Positions 25,613 through 37,907 of a DNA stretch of 64,000 bases are shown here, one piece after another. The stretch is from assembly GCA_030770535.1 (NCBI GenBank), contig JASVEC010000027.1:620001-684000 (forward strand), in the 5' to 3' direction. The notes below the pieces were generated by a model. That model made no database searches and had not been told where the DNA came from. It was given only the letters and a program-made list of their open reading frames with translations. The DNA is from Batkoa obscura (taxonomy: Eukaryota). Numbering within the stretch: position 1 is the stretch's first letter; every line of letters starts with the position of its first letter. A program made the position numbers and the translations under genes.

Positions 25613-26527
25613 TTATTTACGAAAAAACATCATAACACTAATATAAAACTTCTTCACTTCTTTTGCAATACCTGTATGTAATATCAGAAAGAAGCTCGAG
25701 TTTGCTAATATACCAATAAGAAATAGTATTTCAGCAAGTTGATTCATAACAAGAATGGTGCTATTTATTTTACCAAAAACATAATGAAATACACCATCTA
25801 ATAAATGAAATAAAAAGGAACCAAACATACAAGTGGTATAGATAGCTAAAATTGTATATAACTTAATAAAAACTACACTATATTTGGTATTTCTACTACT
25901 TTTAGTTCGGTTCGAATCACAATTCATTTCAATTTCTACAAATTTTTTCATGTTTGTTATATTTCTAGCTAATTTATAATAGCAATATGAGATTATTACA
26001 ATCCCAAAGAAAAAGCTAAAAATTAAATAAAAATAAGTAACTGCTCCAACAATTGAATTTAATACTGGGTACATACATACTAATTGTGTGGCTGATGGTA
26101 CCATTAAATGTTGTGATACACTGTAAATTCCTAATCCAATAAAGCTTAATCCGTTTAGATGAATTATCAAATATACATACTTTGATAACTCAATTTCCGA
26201 GATTTTACACAGCCTTTCTAAAGCTAAAAATACATTGATTTGAATTTCATAATAATAGGCAACTGTTATAATGAACCCGAGTACTTGGCAGCCTATCTTA
26301 GTATCAATAAGTTTTATACCCTGTATAAAGTAATATAAATAATCCAAGGATATCACTAATGGGGCACAAAATTCTACCATGGCTACTGCTATTATTAATT
26401 TTAAATCTTTTGTTAATGGCTTAACATGTAAACAGATATAAATTAGAAAGCTGTTTAAAATTACTGCTAATAAGGCTAGACCTATGATAAGGTAATTGAT
26501 CGAAAAAAGGGAATCATAATCTTCCAT
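25613..26527 (-). CDS. Rhodopsin-class-like 7TM receptor (GPCR2)
   Basis: Paralog of GPCR1; GCQ, LALERL, YCYY. Confidence 0.8.
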   Translation of the reverse strand: MEDYDSLFSINYLIIGLALLAVILNSFLIYICLHVKPLTKDLKLIIAVAMVEFCAPLVISLDYLYYFIQGIKLIDTKIGCQVLGFIITVAYYYEIQINVFLALERLCKISEIELSKYVYLIIHLNGLSFIGLGIYSVSQHLMVPSATQLVCMYPVLNSIVGAVTYFYLIFSFFFGIVIISYCYYKLARNITNMKKFVEIEMNCDSNRTKSSRNTKYSVVFIKLYTILAIYTTCMFGSFLFHLLDGVFHYVFGKINSTILVMNQLAEILFLIGILANSSFFLILHTGIAKEVKKFYISVMMFFRK

Positions 26528-28046
26528 TTAACAAATAGATAGTAAAAACTAATAGTTTTTCTAAAAAAACGTAAAAGAAAATTAAATTAATCTATTTATA
26601 TAATAATCAACTATAGCTTAAAGTTTAAAAGAAGAAGAATCCTTATTTTTTAAAATATCAATGCACTTGAATTTCCTATAATATTCTATTTTTAATTAAA
26701 CTTTAAATATCTTTTTACAAACAAGCTAGTTATGTAGTAAACATGGTAAACGATAGAGCCTTTACAAATTTAATAATAATATACAGAATAAAGCTATAAT
26801 ATTTTAAGGCTTCATGCTATCATTTATAATAATGATTTCAGTTTTAAACAAAAATTGACAATGTAGAGAACTGTTTTAAAATAGAAACCAATAAAATGTA
26901 AAGTAAGGAACAATTCTAGAAAAAGTTAAAAACGAGGGGTACTTAAGCAATAGGAAACATTAGGCAATATTGCTGTAAATAAAGATTTTACCAAATTTTA
27001 TAATTAACTTTGGTTCAGATTATTTTAATTAAATAGTGGTTGACAGCTCCATCTTCTAATATAAGCTACATGGAGTTGTTATAAAAGTTTCTTGACTTTT
27101 TAAGAGATTTATCAAATGGTAAAAGTCAAAAATCACAATAAGACGTTTTTACTGTATTTATCACCACTTTTCATTTTATCATGAATTGTTTCTTCATTAA
27201 GACACAAAAATTAAAATTGTAACCAGTAGTTTCATTGTTTTTTCTTGATAAATGAAGGTATAGGGGTTTATGAAAAACTTAATAGTAGCATAAAATAGTT
27301 CAAATCCAAGGCTCAATTTCTTTCAGTGTTGATTATTTAAATTGTAAATTTATCTAAATACTATAATAACTAACCTTCAATGTTAAACAATCTTATCTAA
27401 TTGTTTTTCTACTTCCATTTTTAGTAAAATTTTAAATTTTATGTTATATAAAGAAAGCACAGAATAACAAAATAAAGCAAGAAATCCCAGTATGATTTTT
27501 GCATAAGCCTGAATCAAACTAAAAAATTCAACTCTAAATTAAATTCTTATCTACCTAAATACAATTGCTGCAACTTTATTGTGACCTAATTTACAGCAAT
27601 ATTTAGAGTTAATTATTTGTTTGTTTATTTTTGTTACCTAATCTTTAAATTTTAGCAAAATTTTATTCTAAATGAACAGTTAGTTAGATTGCAATAGAAC
27701 TTCAGTAGCTGTATAAATTATCTTACAATAACTTTAACTTTTCAGGTAATAACAATAAGTGTGTAAATAAAGATGTGGTACACATAACCAAATAGGTAAA
27801 TTATCCAGATTACAAACAATTTTTACAAGTTCACAAAACATTATAATAACTTGGGTAAGTTCCCCGCTTGTTTTTGTAGATTACTCCCATGTTTATACAT
27901 TTTCATAGACCAATGGCTACTTTTTTTGACCCCTTAAGCATCATGAATGAATAACGCTTACATGGTTTAAATCGATTAACCCTTTAGGTATTGAGTTTAA
28001 AAAAAACTGATCCAATGAGTATAGAATTGATTAGAAATCATAATAT

Positions 28047-28142
28047 GGAGATGTATTTTTGTGTTTAAGAATTTTACTAATAATTTTTCCACTCAAATAA
28101 CGCTTAAAAGATGGAAAAAGTGATGAAGCCAAAAAAAACCCC
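28047..28142 (+). mobile_element. MITE family A, first of tandem pair
   Basis: Core match; ATAT TSD shared with next copy. Confidence 0.88.
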
Positions 28143-28146
28143 ATAT

Positions 28147-28244
28147 GGGGATGTTTTTTTTTGTTTAAGAATTTTACTAGCAGTCTTTCCACTTAAATAG
28201 CGCTTAAAAATGGAAAAAGGGATGAAGTCAAAAAAAACACCCCC
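28147..28244 (+). mobile_element. MITE family A, second of tandem pair
   Basis: Core match; ATAT TSD. Confidence 0.88.
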
Positions 28245-28497
28245 ATATAATCAAATATTTTTTTTGAGGCATTCAGTACTCAAAAGATTAAACCCAACGC
28301 TTACATCTAGTAAAAAGAACTGTATTGCTGTAGATATAGGCTATGAAGGAATTAAACTGTCTGAGGTAAAAGCTACAAGTAAAGTCAGTAATTCGAACTA
28401 TTTCAATAAATGTGATTAGATTTAATTAAATATTGAATATTAAAATGAAAATCATGTTTTTATTATAATAAAAAAATTTGAATATCTTTTATATTGA

Positions 28498-29403
28498 CTA
28501 CCAACATTTAATACAAGTATAAACTTTCTTTGCTTCATTTGCAATACCCGTATGCAATACCAGAAGTAAACTTGAGTTTGCTAGAATACCAATAAGAAAC
28601 AAAATTTCTGCGAGCTGGTTCATAACAAGGATAGTCACATTCACTTCTCCATAGACATACTGAAAAATACCAGCAAAAAAATAAAGCAAAATAGAGCCAA
28701 ACATGCAAGTAGAATATGTAATCAAAATAGCGTATAATTTAATACAGACTAGCTTATAAGAAGAGAGCCTGCTATCTTTAAGTTTGGATGGATTTGGAGA
28801 TATTTCAATTTCAACGAAATTTTTCATATCAGTGATGTTTTTAGCTAATCTATAATAACAATAAGATATCACAGAAATTCCAATAGCAAAACTAGAAAGC
28901 AAATAATAATATGCAATTGATCCAACGATTGAATAAACTACTGGATATATACATATTAATTTGGAACTAGATACCTCCATTAAACGTTGCGATGCGCATA
29001 AAATCATTAAGATTGTATAAATTAATCCATTTATATGTATTGCTGGGCGTATGTATTTTGATAATTGAATATCCAAGACTTTGCATGTTCTTTCTATGGC
29101 TAAAAACACGCTTAATTGGATCTCATAGTAATAGGTTGTTGTAGTAAAAAAACCAAGGACTTGGCAACCCAACTCAATATCTAGTAAGCTTTCTTTCTTT
29201 ACAGCAGAATAAATCATATTTATTGTTACTACTATTGGCACAAGGTACTCTACAGATGCTATAGCAATAATCAATTTTAAATCTTTTGTTAATGGCTTAA
29301 TACGTGAAGACAAATAAATTAAAAAAGCATTTAATAGTATAGTGATGGCGATCAAGGCTATAGTAGCAATACCCAGAAATGCAAAGAATCCAGATTGACT
29401 CAT
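28498..29403 (-). CDS. Rhodopsin-class-like 7TM receptor (GPCR3)
   Basis: Paralog; GCQ, LAIERT, YCYY; first ATG at 29403 (track start 29433 is TTG). Confidence 0.8.
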   Translation of the reverse strand: MSQSGFFAFLGIATIALIAITILLNAFLIYLSSRIKPLTKDLKLIIAIASVEYLVPIVVTINMIYSAVKKESLLDIELGCQVLGFFTTTTYYYEIQLSVFLAIERTCKVLDIQLSKYIRPAIHINGLIYTILMILCASQRLMEVSSSKLICIYPVVYSIVGSIAYYYLLSSFAIGISVISYCYYRLAKNITDMKNFVEIEISPNPSKLKDSRLSSYKLVCIKLYAILITYSTCMFGSILLYFFAGIFQYVYGEVNVTILVMNQLAEILFLIGILANSSLLLVLHTGIANEAKKVYTCIKCW

Positions 29404-30168
29404 CTTAATATAATTTTGAAAAATGGGAGACAACTCTTATTTATATCTGAAAAATCAATACTAGTACTTATTATAGTAATAGCACAAAAGCCTGTATATC
29501 CCGTTCTTTATGTATTCCTCTAATAATCATGGAAAACAAAATAAAGTCTAATAGTTCTATTGATTTTACGTTCTATTCAATATCACTTACTAAAATCTAT
29601 TTAATATACTCCATTAAAGTTATTAGCTTAGTATACAAATTGGTTGTTATTGTTAAAGCTAGCGTGTTAGCATTGTAAAACTTAGTATAACAAATGACTG
29701 TATATTTTAAAGTAAAGCTATTGTTTTTATCATTTTTAAAGCTTATTGAATTTCACAACTCATAAAATTAGGATTTATTACTTTATAATTTAGTGTTCTT
29801 CAAAAAAAGGGAACTAATTTATTATATTATAGCATTCATACAAAAGTTTAATTATCTTTATAAAACAAGTAATAAAAAAATAGAATCACGATTCTTGTTA
29901 CTAAAAATATTAACTAGTTGAAGCTTTGAAGATGTTACCGAAAATATTATAAATGTTGCTTAGTAATTTAAATAAGATATCGGTTGCTTTTATCAAGTAT
30001 AGCTATTAAAGCATGGGAGCATTATATTGTAGGATGTGATTCTTTCTATCTTCGTGAAACTTCTGTAACAATTTCGTAAATTTTAATAATTCATTGTATC
30101 TCTCCTCTAAAATTTGTACAACTTTTAGTATTAAATTTGTTATTGTTCTTCCTTTTAATTTATTATAT

Positions 30169-30268
30169 GAAGATGTATTTTTATATTTAAAAATTTTACT
30201 AGTAATTTTTCCACTCAAGTAGCGCTTAAAAAATGGAAAAAGTGATGAAGTCAAAAAAAAACACCCTC
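30169..30268 (+). mobile_element. MITE family A
   Basis: Core match; ATAT TSD. Confidence 0.85.
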
Positions 30269-30657
30269 ATATAATGATTACCTGTTTAAAATTATTTTCA
30301 ATTATTCCCACAGATTAATAATAATCTATTATATTAAAAGGTATCATACAGGTAATAAAATGTTAAAAAGCATTATAAATAAAAACCATAAAGAATAAAC
30401 CTTCCTTATATTTGAATATCAGTTTAGTAGTATAAATAAAAAAGTACTTTATAACATCTTGGGAAAGGGGAATAGTTTTACAATAAGTGGAGCGAAGTGG
30501 AAAAAGTAATAGGGCCTTGGCTAAATGATGTAATTATGTAGTCTAAGTTGATATTAGTAAAGATTTCCGTTAAAAAACAACGAAAAATAGTGAAACAAAA
30601 GGATTTTTTTTTATTAATTGAGACAAAACAGTAAATTCATATGACTAATCTGCTTAT

Positions 30658-31569
30658 CTACCAGCATTTAACTCTGGCATAAAATTTCTTGACTTCGTTC
30701 GCAATACCCGTATGTAACATTAGGAAGAAACTCGAATTTGCCAGAATACCAACAAGGAATAAAATTTCAGCAAGTTGATTCATAATAAGAATAGTTGCGT
30801 TTACTTTTCCATAAACAAAATGAAGGATACTATCTAATAAATGAAATAAAAAGGAGCCAAACATACAAGTGGTATAGATAGCTAAAATTGTATATAGCTT
30901 AATAAATACTATATTATATTTGGACTTTCTATCGCTTTTAGGCCTATTTATAGTAGAATTAGAGTTCATTTCAAGTTGTACAAATTCTTTCATCTTAGTT
31001 ATATTCCTAGCTAATTTATAATAGCAATAAGTGATAATCATAATTCCAAAGAGAAAACTAAATATTAAATAATAATACGTGACAAATCCAATAGTTGAAT
31101 TTACTACAGGATACATACATATTAATTCAGTAGCAGATGGTATCATTAAATGTTGTGATACACAATATATAGCTAATCCGACGTAAATTAATCCATTTAT
31201 ATGAATTATTATATATACGTATTTTGATAACTTCATCTCGGATATTTTACATAGCCTTTCCAAAGCTAAAAATACATTGATTTGAATTTCATAATAATAA
31301 GCTCCTGTTATAATAAATCCAAGCACTTGACAACCCATTTCAGTTTTGATTAGTTTAATGCCGTGTATAAAGTAGTATAGATAGTCAATAGATGTCACTA
31401 GTGGCGCACAAAGTTCTACTGAGGCTACCGCCATAATCAATTTCAAATCCGCTCCCAACGGTCTTACTTTAAGACAGAAAAATATTAGAAATGTGTTTAA
31501 GAATACAGCTACAAATGCCAAAGCTATGATGAAGTAGTTGATTGAAAAAAGAGAGTCATAATTCTCCAT
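30658..31569 (-). CDS. Rhodopsin-class-like 7TM receptor (GPCR4)
   Basis: Paralog; GCQ, LALERL, YCYY. Confidence 0.8.
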   Translation of the reverse strand: MENYDSLFSINYFIIALAFVAVFLNTFLIFFCLKVRPLGADLKLIMAVASVELCAPLVTSIDYLYYFIHGIKLIKTEMGCQVLGFIITGAYYYEIQINVFLALERLCKISEMKLSKYVYIIIHINGLIYVGLAIYCVSQHLMIPSATELICMYPVVNSTIGFVTYYYLIFSFLFGIMIITYCYYKLARNITKMKEFVQLEMNSNSTINRPKSDRKSKYNIVFIKLYTILAIYTTCMFGSFLFHLLDSILHFVYGKVNATILIMNQLAEILFLVGILANSSFFLMLHTGIANEVKKFYARVKCW

Positions 31570-33680
31570 TTAAAAAAATAAGCTAAAATTTAATTTTAGA
31601 AAAGTTTAAAGTAAAAAATTATATAAGCCTATTTATATAATAATTCATTATAATTAAGCTTCGTTTTATAAATAGAACTATTGTCTAAAATCTAACAAAA
31701 AGCGCACACTAACTTCTTTTGAGTCACTTTTTTCATTCAAATTTCTAATATTGGTGGATAAACCACTTAATATAGCAAGTTTAGTAAAAATATAAAGGAA
31801 TAGTCAAGTTTGATAATAACATAAAGAATAAAAGTAAAATATTTAAATGTACTATGCTATTATGCATAACAAAAGCATTTTTTGTTAAATATGAGATCAA
31901 ACTTGAGAATTTGTTTGAATAAAAGCCAATGAAACATTAATTAAATGATAATTTTTAGGAATAACTTCCAAATGCGCCACTTAAGTGACAAATGAGAAAT
32001 TTAAACAATGCTGCTAATCATTTAAACAATACTGTCAATCATTTAAATAATCTTATTGTTAATCCTTTACCCAACACTTATAGGTTGTTGAGGTTTTCTG
32101 AGTTCTTTTAAATAGAAGTTGATATCATATTCAATGTTATAGACTCATTTTATTATATACTTGAAAATACTCAATAAATTGAATAGTGAACTTTTTAAAA
32201 AAATTTGATGGTTACAAATTAATTTTTATACTTTTATTTAGTTAACACCCAATTTATTTTTAATTAATTTAACCATACACTAATAATAAGGGATGTGATT
32301 TAAGAATTGAAAAATATTAGAGAACATATATATTAAAATGTTTCAGCTATGTTCCAGGTAACCACCTGACATTGTAATTGTTTTCAATGTAAAGGTGTGG
32401 AAATAGTTCACCTTTCTCTTAATTCCTAATCCTACATTTATCTACTGCTTCTCCAGTAACCTTAATTACCGTCAATTAATTATATTTCAATCTTCAAAAT
32501 TTTCTATAAAAAATTAAAATGTTTTTTATTTCAATATCTTATTAATGATTTTGCTTAATTTTATACAGGGTAAAGATTGAAAAAAATAAGACATTCCATA
32601 TAGAATATCAAAAAAATATTTGATAATTGATGGGATTTTTTAGCGGAGTAGTTGTAACTTAATGACACTTTAATAACTAAATCATCTTTAATGAGTAATT
32701 TCCTTATTGGTGTTGTCAAAAGGACTCGAATTTTGAGCCTCAGTTGACACCTTTTTCAATAATAACTAATTTAAATTAAATTATAAAAATAGTTTAATCA
32801 AAATAAATAAAATTTTAGTAAACTTGGACTTGTTCACTCCTTTTGTGAATTATGTCCACTTTTCAACTACACACTTCCTTAGTGGCTCTCATTCAACCTC
32901 TTTATTTTAAACTAATAAAGTATAAAATCCTACGGCTTTTGAATTTAAAAAAAAGTATGGTAAACTATGTTAAAATTTTTAATTTTATAGTTTTAAATAA
33001 GCTATAATTTTTATCGTTATTTATATAATTATTAACAGTTAATCTAATTTTTGTTAATAACAATTAGTACAAATATTAATTTTAATCTCTTCTATAAGCT
33101 ATTTTATTTTAGTAAAATACTTACTCAACTGGGCTCAAGATTTAAAAAAAAGATTCGTATAATGAAGGTACTTATTTATCTCAAAGTTATTAATAAAACT
33201 ACTGTTTATTATAAATATTAAGAAGTAAAATTTTTGACTATTTTATCAATAAAATCAAATAAAGAAATAAAAGTAATTTATTGATTTTATTATTATCATT
33301 ATTATTAAAATTGCATTAAATTTAATTGTCCAGTATTTTTAATTTATCACGTTTGTATCAAGAAAAATATTTGAACAAACTGTAAAGAAACTTCAACAAT
33401 AATAATTCAAAACATACTTAGTCCTCTGGACTATCTACTGTTCACAGTATGAACATTCAGATCGAGATCCGGATACTGATTTCCTGACCCTCAATTCTTT
33501 GTAGGATAGTGCATGGCGTGGTTAACTGCTACCCAACCATCATTCTTAAGGCTTAATCCCAACTCCAAAGAAAGAAGCTCACATACTAAATGGCCATCCA
33601 GCTTTCTCCTCTTTATTTTTTTAATTTAGTAAAACACTTACCCTTTATCGGGTTCAAGGCTTTAAAAAAATTCAAAACAT

Positions 33681-33778
33681 GGGAGTGTTTTTTTGGTTTC
33701 ATCACTTTTTCCATCTTTTGAGCGTTATTTGAGTGGAAAAATTGTTAGTAAAATTCTTAAACATAAAAATACATCCCC
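33681..33778 (-). mobile_element. MITE family A, junction hit by solo LTR
   Basis: Core match; ACAT TSD restored when the LTR is removed. Confidence 0.9.
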
Positions 33779-33780
33779 AC

Positions 33781-34244
33781 TGTGAAAGTTGGTACTCAGT
33801 GGTTGGAGTTAAAAGCAGTTCTTGGTTGATTGACTTGCCTTGAGTCGAAAGGTCTTAGTTTATATAACTAAGATAGACTTAAATGAATAAGAATAATACG
33901 TAATAAGTTACGAACTATGTAAAACAAATAGAATAGACAGTACTACTGTAAAATCTACGTAAGACGTTGTCAGAAAGACTTAGTGGCTTTATTAATGGTA
34001 CGATATCAGGGAGTAATTCAATTAAAAAGCCTCGAGTTATAATGTTGAAGGATCTCTTTTATACTCCAATAAGTATGGATATCAAAACGAGAAGATAATA
34101 TTGTTTGCAATATGAAGTTAGAAATTCTCGCAGCAAATCAAAATAAGGGACTCTGACTTGATTGTGTTTGAACTTAAGAATACAGCAACTTGAGTGATTA
34201 TTGTGTTATAATCAATCCGAGAGCTAATAAAGCAATATTTCACA
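33781..34244 (-). mobile_element. Solo LTR, same gypsy lineage
   Basis: Reverse-oriented LTR, CCAC TSD. Confidence 0.9.
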
Positions 34245-34761
34245 CCACATAATAAATAAAATTATCTTACGTTTGAATATTAATTTAATAAGTAAAAAAA
34301 AAAAAGTACTCTATAACACCTTCGGAAACGAGAATCGCTTTATAGTAGATATGAATAAGACGGAAAAAATGGTAGGGCCTTGGCTAAATGATGTGATTCA
34401 ATATGTTATTCAAGTTGATATTGATAAAGGTATTCTTTAAAAAACAATGTAAAACAGTGAAATAAAAACAATTTTTTTATAAAATCTTGAAGGAGTTAAA
34501 CCCCCAAGTGGTTTATTGTTGGAGATAAGAAAAAGAATAAAGAACCTGAGTGATAAGTGAACTAGGGACTAACGAAGGAGAGAAAGGAGCTAAGGAAGAA
34601 ATGAAAATTTGATTAATTCGGCTTGACCTGCTTTAGACTTGAGAAAGTTTAACTTTATAGAGTCAAGCTCTAATCTATATAACGCAACCCAAGAGTAGAA
34701 AAAAAACGATTTTTTTTATTAATTGAAATAAAACATCAAATTTATAAGGTTTTATATTTAG

Positions 34762-35667
34762 TTACCAACATTTAATATTGGAACGAAATTTTTTGACTTC
34801 ATTTGCAATACCTGTATGTAACATTAAAAAGAAGATCGAATTTGCCAAAATACCAACAAGAAACAAGATTTCACCAAGTTGATTTATAATAAGGATAGTT
34901 GCGTTTACTTTACCATAAACAAAATGAAGAATACTATCTACTAAGTGGAATAAAAAGGAGCCAAACATACAAGTGGTATAGATGGCTAAGATTGTATACA
35001 ATTTGATAAAAACTATATTAAACTTATGATTTTCATTACTTTTAGGTCGATTTGTATTACAATTAGTTTCAATTTCTACAAACTTTTGCCTATTTGTTAT
35101 ATTCCTAGCTAATTTATAATAGCAATAAGTGATAATCATAATTCCAAAGAGAAAACTAAATATTAAATAATAATACGTGACAAATCCAATAGTTGAATTT
35201 ACTACAGGATGTACACATATTATCTCAGTAGCAGATGGTATCATTAAATGTTGTGATACACTGTAAATTGCTAATCCAATAAAACCTAATCCGTTTAAAT
35301 GTATTGCCAAATATATGTATTTTGATAATTTAATCTCGGATATTTTACATAGCCTTTCCAAAGCTAAAAATACATTTAATTGAATCTCATAATAATAGGC
35401 ACCTGTTATAATAAATCCTAGAACTTGGCAACCTAGATTAATTTTAATCAACTTTATCCCATGTATAAAGTAATACAGATAATCAATGGATGTCACCAAT
35501 GGTGCACAAAGTTCTACCGAGGCTACCGCTATAATCAATTTCAAATCCTTTGAAAATGGTCTCACTTTAAAGCAGAAATAGATCAAAAATGTGTTTAAAA
35601 AAACAACTACAAATGCTAAAGCTATGATGAAGTAGTTGATTGAAAAAAGAGAGTCATAATCCCCCAT
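34762..35667 (-). CDS. Rhodopsin-class-like 7TM receptor (GPCR5)
   Basis: Closest to GPCR4, with homologous flanks (tandem duplicate). Confidence 0.8.
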   Translation of the reverse strand: MGDYDSLFSINYFIIALAFVVVFLNTFLIYFCFKVRPFSKDLKLIIAVASVELCAPLVTSIDYLYYFIHGIKLIKINLGCQVLGFIITGAYYYEIQLNVFLALERLCKISEIKLSKYIYLAIHLNGLGFIGLAIYSVSQHLMIPSATEIICVHPVVNSTIGFVTYYYLIFSFLFGIMIITYCYYKLARNITNRQKFVEIETNCNTNRPKSNENHKFNIVFIKLYTILAIYTTCMFGSFLFHLVDSILHFVYGKVNATILIINQLGEILFLVGILANSIFFLMLHTGIANEVKKFRSNIKCW

Positions 35668-36012
35668 TTAAAAAAATAAGTTACGAATTGAATTTTACGA
35701 AAGTTAAAAGTAAAGAATTAAAAAAGTCTATTTATATGAAGATTGATTAATTAATATTTTTTTCATAAATAGAACTATTGTGTGAATTTTTATTTCAAAT
35801 GTGTAGATCAATTTCCTTTAAAATCCTCTTTTTCATTAAAACCAAGATATCGGTGAATAAACCAGCTTGAGGTTTTAGAGAACTGGTATAAAAACAGCCT
35901 CCTGTGAAAAATTTATTAATAATTTTTATTTTATACTTTATAAATTATTTCTTCAGTAAAAATTTTGATTTTCTTATAGCAGTTCTCTACCTTAACCGTA
36001 AACCAGTCAATA

Positions 36013-36175
36013 TAGAACAGCTTGCAGTTAAATACCTTTCGTTGCTTCTAATTTGTAGTTATTTTTTTCTAGTATGAATTTGAGGGCCACAGCTTTCTAT
36101 ATATCTTTAAATTTATCTTAAAACTTTAACTACAGATTAAAAACAACGAAGGATATCTAATTGCAAGTTGTTCTA
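36013..36175. mobile_element. MITE family B (about 45-bp imperfect TIR, TA-flanked)
   Basis: TAGAACAGCTTGCAGTTA.. / ..TAATTGCAAGTTGTTCTA; second copy at 12485-12650. Confidence 0.65.
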
Positions 36176-36685
36176 ACAAAGTTAGTAAAAATATAAAGGA
36201 ATAATTAAGCTCAATAATAGTATAATATCTAAGAGTGACATACTATCACGGATAATAAAAGCGTCTTTTTTGAACATGAGATCAGATTGAGAATTGATTT
36301 GAATTAAAAACCAATGAAACATTAATTGAATGATACTTTTTTTTAGGAATAACTCTTAAGTGCACCATTTAAGTGACAAATCAAAAGTTTAAGCAACTTT
36401 ATTATTTATTATTTATTATTTGTTATTTATCCAACATTTATAACTTATTAGGTTTTTTCGAATTTTCTTAAATAAAAATTGGTATTATATCCTTTACTGC
36501 AGGCTCGTTTTACTATATACTTAAAAACACTCCATAAAAGTAAGTAGTGAACCTTTTAAAACAATTTGACCGATATATCTTTAATCCTTCACTTTGTTAA
36601 CACATAATTTATTTTTAATTAGTTTAATTCTACAGTAATAATGAGGGATGTAATTTAAGAATATAAAATATTAGAGAATTTAAAA

Positions 36686-36841
36686 CTGGTTGCATTTAGA
36701 TGCTTTTATTTTATTTTAATTTACTGTTAATTTCTTTTATATTAAATTTATGAATCATATATAACATCCTAGTTTATATATTTGTTATTAAATAAATTGA
36801 TGATAAATTAAAATAAAACAAAAGTATTGAAATGCAACCAG
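36686..36841. mobile_element. MITE family C
   Basis: TIR CTGGTTGCATTT/AAATGCAACCAG extending imperfectly to about 38 bp; absent from the paralogous site near 32325. Confidence 0.65.
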
Positions 36842-37376
36842 CGATAGATATTAAAATGTTCCACCCACATCTTAAATAACCCTTTAATATGTAATTGTTT
36901 CAATATAAAGATATGAAAGTATTTTTTATTTTTTATTTTATTATTTTACTAATAATTTTGCTCAATTTTATGCTAAATAAAAAATTGAAAAAAAATAATC
37001 AAGAAAGCCATTCTTTAAGATATTAAAAAAGTATTTGATAGCTGATAAAGTTCTTTAACAAAACAGTTTAAACTTAATAATTTTTTAATAGTTGTATTAT
37101 TTTTAGTAAATAATTTCTCTATTTACGTTGCTAAAAGAACTTGAGCTTTGAACCTCGATGAACACTTTTTAAATAATTAATTAGTTCAAGTTAAAACATA
37201 AAATAATTTAATTGAAATAAAAGTATGTTCTTACCAGCTGCATATTTTTTCTAAATAACAAAATAAAATAAAATAAACCTTTTATTTTACATATAGAATG
37301 AATTTAGTCTTTTTAAAATAAGCATTTATGAAAATAATTTTATTGAACTATAGTTCTAACCTATTTTTACTAAGTG

Positions 37377-37539
37377 GCTTTCTTAGCACAATAATTAGTA
37401 TATAGGCTTATTTTGTAAAGTTAGATAATTTGAACCAATCATAGTTGATGATCACAATATAGAAGATTCTTTGGTTGGTTATTTGTTAAATTTTCTGAAA
37501 TAGTTTTCTGAAATGTGGGTTCAAGTCCCTCAGAAAGCA
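37377..37539 (+). other. tRNA-like sequence with about 90 nt extra (long intron or degenerate tRNA)
   Basis: 7-bp acceptor stem GCTTTCT/AGAAAGC plus discriminator A, T-arm GTGGG-TTCAAGT-CCCTC (one mismatch), downstream T run; D loop lacks GG and no anticodon arm resolved. Confidence 0.35.
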
Positions 37540-37907
37540 ACTTCGATTTTAATTTTTTTTGTATTTGAGGCCATTTTTTTAATTAAATTTTAATACTAAA
37601 TTCAAGTATTTTTATTATTCTATTGAAAGTCGATATAAAAAAACAGGCTCATATTTAATAAATTCAAACGCTATTAGTTATGTTGCTTTTTAATTTTTTT
37701 AATGTTTTTTAAGAATACTAGTGCCACTTTTCGAAAATCATCCCAAAAACTGGATTGAATCCCATTCTTTTTTGGATCAATAGCAATTTTTGATTGAAAA
37801 TTTTATTGATTGAATTTACAGATAATCTAAGATTTATAAATTGAACTTATTTTTTTAGACGATATAATAAAATATTGAAGGATTTGATATTGGAAAAAAG
37901 AAAAAAA

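Noticed and set aside
27760..28419. Possible decayed gene split by the tandem MITEs
   Set aside because: Coding-like but with several stops and no motif I could identify.
33420..33610. Locally GC-richer island
   Set aside because: No sustained ORF or recognisable RNA or TE motif.
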